The position numbers and the translations under genes were made by a program. The notes under the pieces are model-generated. The model was not told where the DNA came from and did no database searches. It saw only the letters and a list, made by a program, of their open reading frames with translations. Of a stretch of 64,000 nt of DNA, positions 20,050 to 32,905 are shown one piece after another (within the stretch, counting starts at the first letter, position 1; each line of letters opens with the position of its first letter). Location: positions 20,956,001-21,020,000 of the forward strand of contig NC_086108.1 of NCBI RefSeq assembly GCF_963921235.1, in the 5' to 3' direction. Origin of the DNA: Mobula hypostoma. Lineage: Eukaryota.

Positions 20050-22960
20050 AAAGGAGAAAATAAAGTCAGCATTGATGATGAAATTCACCATCTTCAGTGT
20101 TCGAGTATAGCCTTTGGCAAACTGAACAAAATAATATTTGAAGATCAAGAAATAAATCTGGGGGGACTTCTGGTGAGGCACGAAGCAAGATGGCAGCACA
20201 GCACTGAGCGCTGACATATAACCCTCCTTTTTCAAGTTCTTTAGGGCTCACCGACGGTCTTAATACAAGGTTGAGTTGGAGAAAGATCTAACTAAAGACA
20301 TGACCTCAAAAAAAGATCCAAATTCAACCAGGAAACAAGATACCAGCAGACGACACCACGCTAGCGATTCATCCGAGGAAATAGCAAACAATGGCAACGG
20401 AGATGGAATCGCTGCAAGAAACGGTAGCCCACACGCTACAGGAGTCGCTGGAAAAGGCTCTCGACCCCATACAGAAGCATATGGCAGAGAATGGCAACAT
20501 TCTCCGGTCGTTAAAAGGAGCAAGTGGAGATTCGTGTTTAAAAAAATTAGCACAGTCTTCAACAAAATAGAAAACATTCTCGTTTGCTTACGCAAGAATA
20601 AGAAAGTTACTAACTCCTGTCTCATGGAGGTGACTAAGATTATGGAAGAAGCTAAACGACTTGGAGGACAGATCCAGGAGAAACAATGTGCGGCTGGTCA
20701 ACTTACCGACAGGCACTGAGGGTGACAATCCAAGAGGTTACCTCCAGGAGATGCTCCATAATTGGATTCCAGCGCTCAAGAATTCCCACAATACTCCTTT
20801 GGAGATCGATAGAGCACATAGGATCTTTTCCAACAACACCTCGAGACCGCGGACCATGGTTTTTAGCCTTCTATGGTACACTGACCGGCAGGCTATCCTG
20901 GAGGGCGCGAGGAAAGCCAAACCTACTCTCCCTGATGGCACCTAGCTGCAGTTCTTCACCAACTATAGCCCCGGCATGATGCAGGAACGGCAGGGATACA
21001 AGGAGATCCGCGCTAAGCTTCAACAGAAGGGGATCGACTCGTTCTTCATATAGCCGGCAATTTTGAGAGTGAATATCAAGGGCATGAAGATGTCATTTAA
21101 CTCGGCAGAGGAAGCGAAAGAAGCTCTGAAATCATCAGTGCTGGGAGATATGGAAGACAACCCTGGGCAAAGTCCATATGCCCCTCGGGAGGAGATGGAA
21201 CTGCATTAAGAGCTCGGACCAGCCTGTATGCGCAATCTAACAGGCACGGGCAAGTTAACGTCCTAGGTGTGAAGTTTTCTGGTTATTCTTTTATTGGAAA
21301 GTCATTCGTTGCACTTTTGTATTTAGTTAATTAAGGGGCTAATTTTTTTCTGAGTATTGCAGGTAAGAGTTTTAAGGTAATGGCTCAGTTAACTTGTTAG
21401 TACAAGGATAACATGGTAAGGTGATACAAGTCCGACTAGATTTATACTTTTTATCTTTTACTTTCTAAGGTGATATTCAATATACCCAAATGTCATACTT
21501 CATCAAGAACGAAGCTGAAAAACAGCAGTTTGTTCTGAATAACTTTAGTTATACATGTTCATTTCGGGTTATGTCTCCAGTAGACTTGTTTACGTTCCTG
21601 GGTGCCAGATAAGACATCACTGGCATCATCGCTAAGCAACAGTCTATTAAAGCAACAGTTTCTCACAAGAGAACTGTTGGGGTCTTGATTACGTGGTATA
21701 TTATATTTGAGACAAAAATGGTTTTAATTATATAGGTTAATGGGTTTGTCCAGGTTTTTTTCCTTGTCTCTTTGATATGATTATCTGTGAGAACTGCTTT
21801 GCCTTTCTAATGTGTTGGTGCTAGAGGGGGGCAGTTATTGTTCAGTGTCTGACATTGTTAAGTGACACTCACAGATGTTACAAAGTAAAGGGTTGAATGT
21901 GAGGGGTAGTGGGAGGTGGGGTGGGAAGGGGGTAGCTCAAGGCTCCACCACCAACTAACAACAACAGATCCAGGGAAAGATGAGCAATACAGGTAAATTA
22001 GAAAATCTTAATATTGTATTATTTAATGTTAGAGGATTAAACTCTCCCTACAAGCGTTCAAAGGTTTTAGATTTCTTACACAGAAAGAAAATAGATATCG
22101 CGCTGTTACATGAAACACATCTTAAACCTAATGACATTCCCAGGGTTCAAAACCACTTTCATAAACCCGTTGTGGCATCAGCTGATAGTACTCATATGAA
22201 AGGAGTTATGATATTAATGAGACGTAGTATTAATGTATCAATTGAAAGGACTGGCGCAAATTTGATATCTAACTTAAAAGATCTTTTGTTAAAGCAGGAA
22301 TGCTTTGTCTGTGTATGCACTACTATTCAGTTGGTTGGTGGAGTGGAGAGGGATGGGGTAGAGGGGGTGGAGGGGGATGGTGATGAAGGTTGGGGGGTGG
22401 CTGGGATAAACAGTCAAAATGTAATTGGCAACTGCTGTATTGAATGTAATTTGTTGGTGTTGCAATAAATTAGTAATAAAAAAAGAAATAAATCTGGCGA
22501 ACAACTCTGTGTGCTGGACAACAGTGATACCTGCCCTCCACGTTTTGGATTATTTGCAGTAGCCACCTCAAGGCATTGGAAACATATGACTAATGTTCAC
22601 TTGTTCAACAAAATACTCCAAATCCAGGATCCTCCATAAAAACGTGTAAGCAAACAAATTACTGCCCTTTCCTGGAGCATCATTTCCAGCATTGGAGCTC
22701 TTAGTTACGCTCATTTAGCTTGTTTTGGGCAGGCCTTGATGTTCACATGTCCTTCACCAGAATCATGAAACAGACTATTCTGACTTCTCTCATAGCAAGG
22801 GATTACCAGGTACACCAAAGAAAAGATGAAAGAATGTTTCAATACCACATTCTAAAACTTGCAACATACCACAACACACCTGCAAATCCTTGCTGATGGT
22901 AATCTGAAGTCATAAATATGGAAACAGAGAAACTCTGCACAATGTCTTCACCAGATAAAA
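20050..22960 (+). mobile_element. Old RTE-clade LINE fragment split by the L1 derivative (pieces ~20050-20146 and ~22498-22960)
   Basis: IDDEIHHLQCSSIAFGKLNKIIFEDQEI on the left; VIPAL..HLKALE..KILQI remnants on the right. Confidence 0.6.
20162..22482 (+). mobile_element. Internally deleted L1-clade element (5'UTR, ORF1, spacer, ~90 aa of ORF2 EN, 3'UTR, A-tail)
   Basis: Starts ggggacttctggtg..caagatggc; ORF1 LEDRSRRNNVRLVNLP..LEIDRAHR; ORF2 start FNVRGLNSPYKR..DIALLHETHL; aataaa and A-rich tail; 15-bp TSD aagaaataaatctgg (20147-20161 / 22483-22497). Confidence 0.9.
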
Positions 22961-22979
22961 ACTATATACTAAATCTGGA

Positions 22980-23098
22980 ACAAAAGAAAATCTGCCGATG
23001 ATGGGAATCCAGCAACACGCACAAAATGCTGGAGGAACTCAGCAGGCCAGGCAGCATCTATGGAAATGAGTACAGGCCAACGCCCTTCAGCAGGACTG
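22980..23098 (-). repeat. Penelope pLTR-derived short repeat
   Basis: aaatgctggaggaactcagcaggccaggcagcatctatgg. Related copies at ~2765-2880, 26466-26595, 30285-30410, 31790-31895, 40590-40660, 43605-43750 and 62137-62212. Confidence 0.7.
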
Positions 23099-23649
23099 GC
23101 AACATGGAACAACTTCTCTCAAATTTAGCCTCCTTTTTTGTGACAATAGTCATGAAAATCCAGGTCATGATGAACCATACAATATCAAAGCTATGTAATA
23201 TTATTTCTTGTGGGTCAAATAACTTCTTTTTGAAATGCATTAATGAAAATTTTTCACCACCTAACACAAGCACAATAATATGTACTTATTTTTTCCCTCC
23301 ACTATAAATAAGATTGATTAATGTACAGTCCTTGATTATGTACAAAATGGATATGAAACAGAAGTACAGTTTGTCTTTCCTGGTTGTTTTATCTCCTACT
23401 TACAACAAATTTCTAAACCATGCTCCATAATAACTTTTCTCCCTACGAATCAAATCGTTCATGTTGATATTTTTATCCATCTACACTCATCCAACTTGCC
23501 CACATTAGGACGTTATCCTTCCTTGCTGTAACCTGGCAACAATCTTGAAATACAAAATATTGTACCAACTATTTGTGATCAGTAAACACAAAACATTGCA
23601 ATTTATTTTAAAGACAGATGGAAAGATATATCGTTTTTTCCATTTTTTT

Positions 23650-24300
23650 TAGATTATGAGAACACTCAGTCCTCTTTTATTGTCATTTAGAAATGCATAC
23701 ATGCATTAAGAAATGATACAATGTTTCTCCGGAGTAATATCACAGAAAACAGGACAGACCGAAGACTAACACTGACAGAACCACATAATTATAACATATA
23801 GTGACAGCAGTGCAAAGTAATACCGTAATTTGATGAAGAACATACCATGGGCACAGTAAAAAAAAGTCTCAAAGTCCCGAGTCAATCAACTCCTGAGTCC
23901 CCAATAGCGGCGGCAAAAGGGAGAAACTCCCTGCCATTAACCTCCAGGCACCGTCAACTTGCCGATACCTTGGAAGCAGCCGACCACAGCCGACACTGAG
24001 TCCATCAGTCCGAAAACTTTGAGCTTCCGACCAGCCTCTCTGATACAGCCTCCCGAGCGCCTTCGACCTCTCCTCGGCCGAGGATTTCGGGGCCTTCAGC
24101 TCCGGAGATTCCGGTTACCACACAGTAGCTGCAGCAGCGAAGCGGGCATTTCAGAAGTTTTCCAGATGTTCCTCTGTGTTCTCACATCTGTCTCCATCAA
24201 ATCAGAATTGTGCACGGTCCCCTACTTAACAGATAACAGATATTCATCACTGAAGTGGCCGCGCGCGCTGCCGTCACGCCACCATCTTCTCCCCCCTCCC
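23650..24300 (-). mobile_element. Non-coding ~650-bp non-autonomous LINE-like retroelement
   Basis: 5' ggagaagatgg(c/t)ggcg start, aataaaagaggactg 3' end, (aatct) tail. Homologous to 38480-39132 and 43826-44122. Confidence 0.75.
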
Positions 24301-24658
24301 GGGAGGACTCCCTCTGAGTATGAAATAAATTTCTAACAAACCAGCATGATAAATGTACATACATATATCCACTGGAGGCCACAACTACACATCATGCTTG
24401 CTGTAATTTCATAAATAAAAAAGTTAATACACAAGCAGTATACTGTTGTATACGTAACAAGGAACTAATTAATTTCTGCCTCTGAATCTAAGTACCAAAA
24501 TTTAGAATTACGACATTCAAGTTAAAACTGAAGTATTAGCAATTTAAAGTACTACTTGCTCAATACATTAAACTAATTATCAGATTGGATCACCAATCAG
24601 TTATAGATATAGAACAGAACCAGACCTTTAGGCCCACTAAATCCATGCTGATTATCAA

Positions 24659-25640
24659 ATCATAGTCATAGTCATACTTTATTGGTCCCGGGGGAAATTG
24701 CTTTTCGTTACAGTTGCACCATAAATAATAAATAGTAATAAAACTATAAATAGTTAAATAGTAATATGTAAATTATGCCAGGAAATAAGTCCAGGACCAG
24801 CCTATTGGCTCAGGTGTCTGACCCTCCAAGGGAGGAGTTGTAAAGTTTGATGGCCACAGGCAGGAATGACTTCCTATGACGCTCTGTGTTGCATCTCGGT
24901 GGAATGAGTCTCTGGCTGAATGTACTCCTGTGCCCACCCAGTATATTATGTAGTGGATGGGAGACATTGTCCAAGATGGCATGCAACTTGGACAGAGTCC
25001 AGTTCCATCCCCACAACATTACTGGCCTTACGAATGAGTTTGTTGATTCTGTTGGTGTCTGCTACCCTCAGCCTGCTGCCTCCGCACACAACAGCAAACA
25101 TGATAGCACTGGCCACCACAGACTCATAGAACATCCTCAGCATCGTCCAGCAGGTGTTAAAGGACCTCAGTCTCAGGAAATAGAGACCGCTCTGACCCTT
25201 CTTGTAGACAGCCTCAGTGTTCTTTGACCAGTCCAGTTTATTGTCAATTCGTATCCCCAGGTATTTGTAATCCTCCACCATGTCCACACTGACCCCCTGG
25301 ATGGAAACAGGCGTCACTGGTACCTTAGCTCTCCTCAGGTCTGCCATCAGCTCCTTAGTCTTTTTCACATTAAGCTGCAGATAATTCTGCTCACACCATG
25401 TGACAAAGTTTCCTACTGTAGCCCTGTACTCAGCCTCATCTCCCTTGTTGATGCATCCAACTATGGCAGAGTCATCAGAAAACTTCTGAAGATGACAAGA
25501 CTCTGTGCAGTAGTTGAAGTCCGAGGTGTAAATGGTGAAGAGAAAGGGAGACAAGACAGTCCCCTGTGGAGCCCCAGTGCTGCTGATCACTCTGTCGGAC
25601 ACAGTGTTGCAAGCACACGTATTGTGGTCTGCCAGTCAAT
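24659..25640 (-). mobile_element. Rex1/Babar LINE (RT to 3' end) inserted into an HE1-like SINE
   Basis: SSTGAPQGTVLSPFLFTIYTSD..KFSDDSAIVG..LNVKKTKEL..YKYLG; (atgact) tail; SINE halves at ~24610-24658 and ~25640-25850. Confidence 0.9.
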
Positions 25641-27688
25641 CATCCATTTTCACACTAATTTTACCCTAATCCATTTTATTCACTCCACATTCCCATCAAT
25701 CCCCTCCAAGATTCTCCCACTGATCCATGCAGAGGTCAATTAACCTACTGACCACCTGATTTAAGGATGTGGGAGGAAATCAATACATCAAGCAGAAACC
25801 ACAAACAGAACGAATGTGCAAACTCCACGCAAGCAGCACTGGAGGTCAATCCTCAATTCTATGCTGTAGTCTATGAACTTACAAGTTACAGTTTTAATAA
25901 TAAGTTTTTAAACAAAGATATCAGCAAATTGTAGGAAACATGAAATCAGCCTATCTCCAAAATTTTACAAAAGAAGAAACACAAAAAGTATCCTGTGAAA
26001 TATTTCAAATATTACATATTACATAACAAATCAGATTACCAGCAAATAATATAGATAATATTTTCAACAAAGTTCTGATTTCTTTTAAATTGTGTAGAAA
26101 TTCTGCATGGAAAATTATCAAAAACTTAAGAAATATTTCAATGACAAAAAGGCTTGAAAATCTCATGTAAATTAGAAAGGTGGACGGAAAACAGCAACCT
26201 CACTGTGGGTCTTGACAACAAACGAACGACAAATAAAAATAGCTGGATGTCGAGTCAGTGAATTTTCCCTCAACAATCTCTCAAACACTGCAGGATTGTT
26301 CAATCATAGCAGTAGAATTCAGGGTTCGTGCACTCAAGTGTTTGCCCAAAATGGATAATTGTTAGTTTTATGATAGCACAACAAAGCTGTTTAACAACAG
26401 TAACTCCGATCATAATATGGTGGTTTTATCAGATATTCTTTAAGTGTACTTCTCCAATTAGGAAGCAGCACACATAAAATGTTGGAGGAATGTCTCAGCC
26501 CGAAACATAGGCTGTACTTCTTCCCCACAGATGCTGCCTGGCCTGCTGAATTCCTCAAGCATTGAGTTTCCAGCATCTGCAGATTTTCTTTTGTTTGTGA
26601 TTTAATTAGAAAGCAGACTCGTTTAGAGTATAAGCATACAAAGCTGAGTAAAGATGCTGCATAGTTCGTTTCACAGTCAACAAGTGAATAGTTTGGCACA
26701 CAGTCAACCTGTGCACCAAAGCTCAATTACTACAATACAGTTATAAGAACATAATTTGAATTATTTCCACATAGACAAAAGAAATATTTCTAAACTTCCT
26801 CCATAGATTAAGAGAAAGTTATCTTCTCAGTTTGATTGTCTTTCATTTTAAGAAAAGTTGCTTTGACATTCACTGCCTCTTATGATGTGTATGGAACTTA
26901 GCCAAAGTTTTGTTTTCTTGTTTTGTCTCAAAACATAGAGAAATCCTCCAACTCCATGTAGAGGTTAGCTGGCTGCTTGGATGAACTGAACTGTCTCCTT
27001 CCCACTCTTGGATTTCCAGTATTTGGCTCAAAGGTTTCCACAAGGCTTTCAACCTATGTGTTTGAGGAAGATGTCCAATCTATGAGAGTTCCCTTTAAAA
27101 CACTGGGTTCAACTTACTTGCCAGACAAAATAGTAAAAAAGCCCAAAATAGAGGTATTTTTGATAAACCATTTGTGTTTTTGTTAAACCATTTATATTTT
27201 TCTATCAGATAATTCAGCAGATTAAATATTTGTAAAAATCAATTTTCTAAAAACCAAATAGCTCGGAGCTAAGATTATGTTTATTTTAAAAGCAACTCTG
27301 AATGAATTCAAGAGGAAAATTTTTAATCACCTTAATGTGAACAGTCTCAGAATCATGTTTCCTTTCTTTGTAATCTGTTATAATTTTCTACTATAGAGAT
27401 TTAATTGAAAAATATATAGAAAAACTTGCAATGTTAATTTTGGCAACATCAACAAAGCATGATACAGCAATGAAAATACAGTATACCTCAGTTTTCAATA
27501 TAGGGGTCTTCAAAAAAAATTAACTCTACAAATAGAAGAAACTCAAAAGAATGAATATAATTTCAAGATAAGAGACTGATCATTTAAAACCAAAGCACTT
27601 TGAAACTTCTACTCACATAAACTGATGAACCGCTGAAATTTTCTGTCTCAGAGTAGGAGGCTAGCTAAAAAAGTCTACCTAAAGTGTA

Positions 27689-28165
27689 CAGACATCCCAC
27701 CCTGCAAAAACTCATTTCAGGGAGGTAGCACCATCAATTTGCGAGAGACTCCCAGAAATTCCAGGAGAGGTGGGATGTCTGCAATAGAGTAGCTCCTCAG
27801 CAGCTAGCCAGCTAGTTTAAATAACGTTAGCTATGCTAATGAACGAATGTCACCTGTTAAACTCACCTCAACATGCCTTTTACAATCTTAACCCACCATG
27901 GGCAATAGAAAAGTCACTGTTGCAAACAGTGCAGCGAGCAACACTGTCATTATTTTTGACCCCTATTAGGCAGGGGTACACTTTAGTGTAGTCTGGGGTG
28001 ACGTACGTTTTATATTTTCTTTTTTTGGAACACTCTGCTGAGGTGCTCTCTCTTGCTCTCAAAAAAAATCGATTTCCGGGATATTGTATATAATTTGCAG
28101 GCATCAGGGAGCCACTATCAATATGGAGAAGACTCCCAGAATTTCTGGGAGAGGTGGGATGTCTG
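27689..28165 (-). mobile_element. Second, shorter copy of the hAT6-like element
   Basis: TIRs cagacatcccacc / ggtgggatgtctg; CTVCNSDFSIAHGG remnant; 6-bp direct repeat agtgta on both sides (27683-27688 / 28166-28171); extra internal right-TIR at ~27768-27781. Confidence 0.85.
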
Positions 28166-28203
28166 AGTGTAAGCAGTTTTTTTTCCCAAGACATGGAGAA
28201 TTC

Positions 28204-28470
28204 AGGTAGCATGGTGGCATAGTGGTTAATGCAACAGTATTATAGTGCCAGGGAACTAGTTTTAATTCCCATCACTGTCTATAAGGAGACTGTACTTCCC
28301 CGCATGACTGCATGGATTTATGGATTTCCTCCAGGTGCTCTGGTTTGTTTATACATTTCAACAAAAAAAAATGCCTTAATAGGTTAATTGGTCACATGGG
28401 TATAACTGAACAAAGCAGGCTCATTAGGCCAGAAGTGCCTATTACTTGCTGTATCACTAAATAAATAAAT
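28204..28470 (+). mobile_element. tRNA-derived V-SINE-like element
   Basis: ggtggcatagtggtta A box; tttcctccaggtgctctggttt V-domain-like motif; (taaa)n tail. Confidence 0.7.
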
Positions 28471-28519
28471 TGAGGGCTATAAAGATCTGATTCAGGAAGG
28501 GAGCTGAGACCTGAAGTAG

Positions 28520-29630
28520 ATGCATGGTAGTGATGTCTAAAGGTTTAGATCACATGAGATCAGGGAGAGGGAGCTAACAGGATTCATACTTGGCTCTGTG
28601 GTAGGAAAAAGAGGGTGATGGTGGAAGGTTGTTACTAGTACTGCAGGGCCTGGTGCTGGAACCTTTGTTTATTATTTACACAAATATTCCACATGAGATT
28701 GCACAAGGCATGATTGGTAGGTTTGGAGATGATGCTAAAATAGGCAGCAATGCAAAAAGTGAAGAAAGCTATTAAAAGAGGAATCTTGAACAGCTAGCTA
28801 AGAGGGCTGAGGAATAGCAAATAGCTTTCAATTCAGATTAAGTGTAAGGTGTATTTGGGAAGTCAAACATGGGGATGACATTTAGTGAATGGAAGGGCCC
28901 TGGGTGTGTTGTAGAGCAGAGGGATAAAAGGATAAGAGTACATGATTTCCTGAAAGCGGCTTCACAGTAGACAGGGTGGTAAAGGTAGATTTTAGCATGC
29001 TGGCCTTCATCAGTCAAAGCATTGAGAGTTTAGGTGTTAGAGTATTATGCTGCAATTGTAAAAGAGGCTAGTGAAGCCATATGGAGAATTATGTACTGCT
29101 TTGACAATCCTGTTTTCGGAAAAATATCATTAAGCTGAAAAGAATGCGATAATTTACAAGAATTTTGCCAAGGTTCAAGGACTTGAGTTACAGGGAGAAG
29201 TTGGACAGACTACAATTTTATTCCTTCAAACGTAGGAGACGGAAGGGTGACCCTGTAAATGACTTTTACGACCATGCATGACTATGGTTGCACAGTTAAG
29301 GTGAATGGATATAGTCTATTTCCCAGGAAAGGGGAAATAATAACTAGAGGGCATAGGCTTCAGGTTGGAGGGAAACGATTTCAAAGCGACCCCAGAGGCA
29401 ACTTCATCATCTAGAAAATGATGCAAAAATGGGGCGAGCTACCAGAGAAAGTAGTCAAGTCAAGTAAAATAACAACACTTAAATGATAATTTGGGTAAGT
29501 ACATGGATAGGAAAGGTTTGGAAATATATGGGCCAAGCACAGGCAAATGAGACAAGGTGGGCACCTTGGCTGGCATGGTTGAGTTGGGCCAAAAGGCTTG
29601 TTTCCACGCTATGTTACTCTGTGATTCTAG
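28520..29630 (+). mobile_element. Degraded CR1 LINE 3' half
   Basis: Remnants QGLVLEPL, FGDDAKIG, TRGHR; CR1 3' end with tactctgtgattct tail. Confidence 0.75.
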
Positions 29631-30455
29631 ATCAGTCATGATCACAATAAATGGACAGGCAAGCCTGAAGGGCCAAATAGCCTTCTCCTGTTCTGAAGTA
29701 TGTTCTTGATCTTAAAGTTCTATGCACTACAAGAAATAATTGCCAGGTTCCACTTTGGATGTCCCAAAATAATGCAGCAAACTAATAAACTAGCACAGTA
29801 AAACAGAGCCAAAAATCTATCTCTCATCACCAAGTAGTCAGATAAAAATAACAGTGGTTCTCAACATAAACTATTAATGAAGCAATGAAAAATATTTGTC
29901 ATCCACTCTCTTCTGCTCAAAATCGTGTTGTTCATGCAAGAAAAAAATAAATGTGAACCATGATATGAATACTGTTGGAAATGTTTAAATTTTTAAAATT
30001 CATTTCCATAGCCCCCAAGGTTAAAAACTGATTAAAACAGTTTCTGTTGGGTTCATGAGAATTCACTGATGTGGCTGTAAAATTATTTGTCCGCTTTCAA
30101 TAACCCTGAGCTTTCAGGGAAAGCATGGATAGGAAAGAGATGAGCATTTGTGAGGAAATTCGAGTAAAAACACTTAACATCCAGCTTATGTAACATTTCA
30201 ACAACATAAAAATACAAAAGCAAGCTAGGGACAAGGCAAAACATTTTGTTGAATTGCAACCTAAACTCTCAAGGAAAAAAAAAATTGCAGATTCTACAAA
30301 TTGAAAATAAAAACTGAAGGAATTGCAAATACTCAGCAGATCAGACTGCATCTATGAAAAGAAAAAAATATTTTACTGTTTCAGATCAAAGGTCCTTCAT
30401 CAGAACTGAAAAGGAAACCAAAAATAACTTAGAACAAACAAAAAGAATGTAGGAC

Positions 30456-30560
30456 ACGGGGACCACGAAGGGTCTCGGCCCGAAACGTCGACTGTACCTC
30501 TTCCTACAGATGCTGCCTGGCCTGCTGTGTTCACCAGCAACTTTGATGTGTGCTGTTAAG
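30456..30560 (+). mobile_element. Single-arm Penelope pLTR insertion (truncated hammerhead)
   Basis: acgaagggtctcggcccgaaacgtcgactgtacc...; 12-bp TSD agaatgtaggac (30444-30455 / 30561-30572). Confidence 0.8.
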
Positions 30561-31159
30561 AGAATGTAGGACTTGGGATACACTGAGCTGGGTGACATGC
30601 CCAGCTGGTTAGGATTGGCAAGTTCTCTACTTCCAGGAAAAGAGGGGAAATAAAAGCAAACAAACTGAACTAACAACACAGAAAAATAACTGGTACTGAG
30701 AGAGAAAAATCAATTTATGGAATTTCATTAATTCAGTACTGAATCTTAAAGGCTACAGTGTGCCCAGAGGGAATCTGTTCCTGAAGCATGCCTTGAGCCT
30801 TACTGTATCGGCACAGAAAACCACAGACCAACAGGTCAGGATGGGAGTGAGATGAAAATTTCAAGTGACAAGAACAAAGAGGTTACAGAAGTATTTGCAT
30901 ATATAAAATGAATATTGTCAAGACAATTTGTAAAGTATCCAGCACAACAAATAACTTCAATAGTAAAAAGAGCACGAAAGATAATAAATGGATGAATGCA
31001 AATCATCCTTTAAAATAATCTGTATATTTTATGGCCTTATCCTACATTATGTCTTTAAAATAATATCTGCAGAACTTTTAATGAAGTTCAGCTTATTTAC
31101 AATCAATAGTTATTCATGGTTGAAATTATAAAACATACTATATATTTAGAGAGAATATA

Positions 31160-31895
31160 GGAGGTCCGTAAGTCAGAGTCCACCATGATCTTCTGGAGCA
31201 ACTGATTGCAATTTTAATTCCACTTTCTATTCCATACCAACATGTCTGTGCCCAGCCCTTTTTAGTACCAAGGTGTGGTTAAACACAAACAAAAGGAAGA
31301 ACACCTCATACTTCACTTGGGTAGTCTAGAACCAAAGACATGAACTCCGAATTCCCCCTTTTCATGTCACTGCTCCTCTTTGACCCTTTTTCTTTCTCTC
31401 CTTCTAATCTACCTAGTTCCTCCTACACCCATCCCAGCTTTGTTTCTTTTCCTTCTTACACCCATTCCATCTGACTATTGCCCACATACTCCTTTCACTG
31501 TGTCCTCTCTCTCTCTACAGAACACCCCACCTCCCCCATTTAATTCCATGATCTCTCTTTTTTTCCTATCAGATTCCATTATCTGCAACCCTTTGTCACT
31601 TCCACCTCCCATCTCCCAGTACAAACACACATGCCCACATTAAATTAAATAAGTCATGCCAAAAGGAGGAAAAATAATGGACAATGGGTTCATTGTCAAT
31701 TCACACATTTCAACTTTTCCTTTGTCTGTCAGCCTATCACCCATCCTCACCGGGATTCACTTGTTATTTGTCAGCTCTTGCTTGATTCCCTTTGAGATGA
31801 ATGGTCTTGATCCAAAGCGCAAAGTGCTGATTATCCATTTCACTCCATAGCTGCTGCCTGATCCGCTGAGTTACTCCAGCATTTTGTTTGTGAAC
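31160..31895 (+). mobile_element. Old Penelope-like 3' end (EN tail, pyrimidine-rich UTR, pLTR)
   Basis: FNSTFYSI..EEHLILHLGSLEP, homologous to 5470-5620. Confidence 0.65.
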
Positions 31896-32607
31896 ATAAA
31901 ACACTATTGATTTGCCAAACCTGTGCTTTATAGAAGTTCTCCATAATTTCCATACTTTTGTACTCATTACTTCAATTTACGAAGTTCAGATCCGATATGC
32001 TTTGGTGACTACTCTCCTGATATGTCCTGGCATATTCAAAGATCTATGAACATGAATCGCATGCAGCTATGCTCCTGCAAATATTAATTCCTTATTGTCT
32101 CACCACATCTCTTCTGCCAAAACATGTTACCTCACACTTCTCCATATTAAATTACACCTGCCTTCTGTTTGACCACATATGTTTTGTAGCAGTTGATTAG
32201 TAACATCCTCTCTGCCACAACTCTAAATCTAATATCAATGGCAATGTAATTAATTTTATGTGTTTTCTCATCTATTTGTATATAGCTCTTCCCCAGTTAC
32301 TAAATGTGTACTTAAAACAAGCTTTGCTGCAACGTTTTGATTGTGATTTGCTAACAAAGTTATAATTTGTGACAAAGGGTAAAAAATATTTTATACATCT
32401 TCCATAATACTACTGCATAATCAGAACCTCCAAACATCAGTTTATAAGATATCAGCATTCCATGTCTGAGGATAAGCAATACTCTGACAATTTTTTTCAA
32501 CTTCCATCCAGTGAATATGGCAGTCAGATGCCCAGCAGCAATTTTGCAATAATCTCAGCAAAGCAAAGATACAATGATGGAAATGAAATTGAAAATTATT
32601 TAAACTG

Positions 32608-32905
32608 GGCCGGCTGGTGGCGCAATGACATCGGCGCCAGACCCGGGAGTGGAGGTTCCCGGGTTCAAAACCAGTTGGGTCCGCTCCCAAGTATGCTTTC
32701 CATCTGTGCCAGGTTGAGCATCGAGATCATAACTCAACCTCGTAAAATGAAAAGAGAAAAATACTGTGAAAATGTCTATGTGAGGAGTGGCGTGTCACGC
32801 AGTCTCTCTCTCTCTCTCTCACTCTGCACCTTGTAAATCCATGAAAAAGACAACTTCTCGGACGCACGCACGCACACAGGCACACGCAAAAAAAAAAGAA
32901 AGAAA
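32608..32905 (+). mobile_element. tRNA-derived SINE with poly(A) tail
   Basis: ggtggcgcaatg A-box-like, ggttcaaaacc B box, A-rich tail; 17-bp TSD gaaaattatttaaactg (32591-32607 / 32906-32922). Confidence 0.88.
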
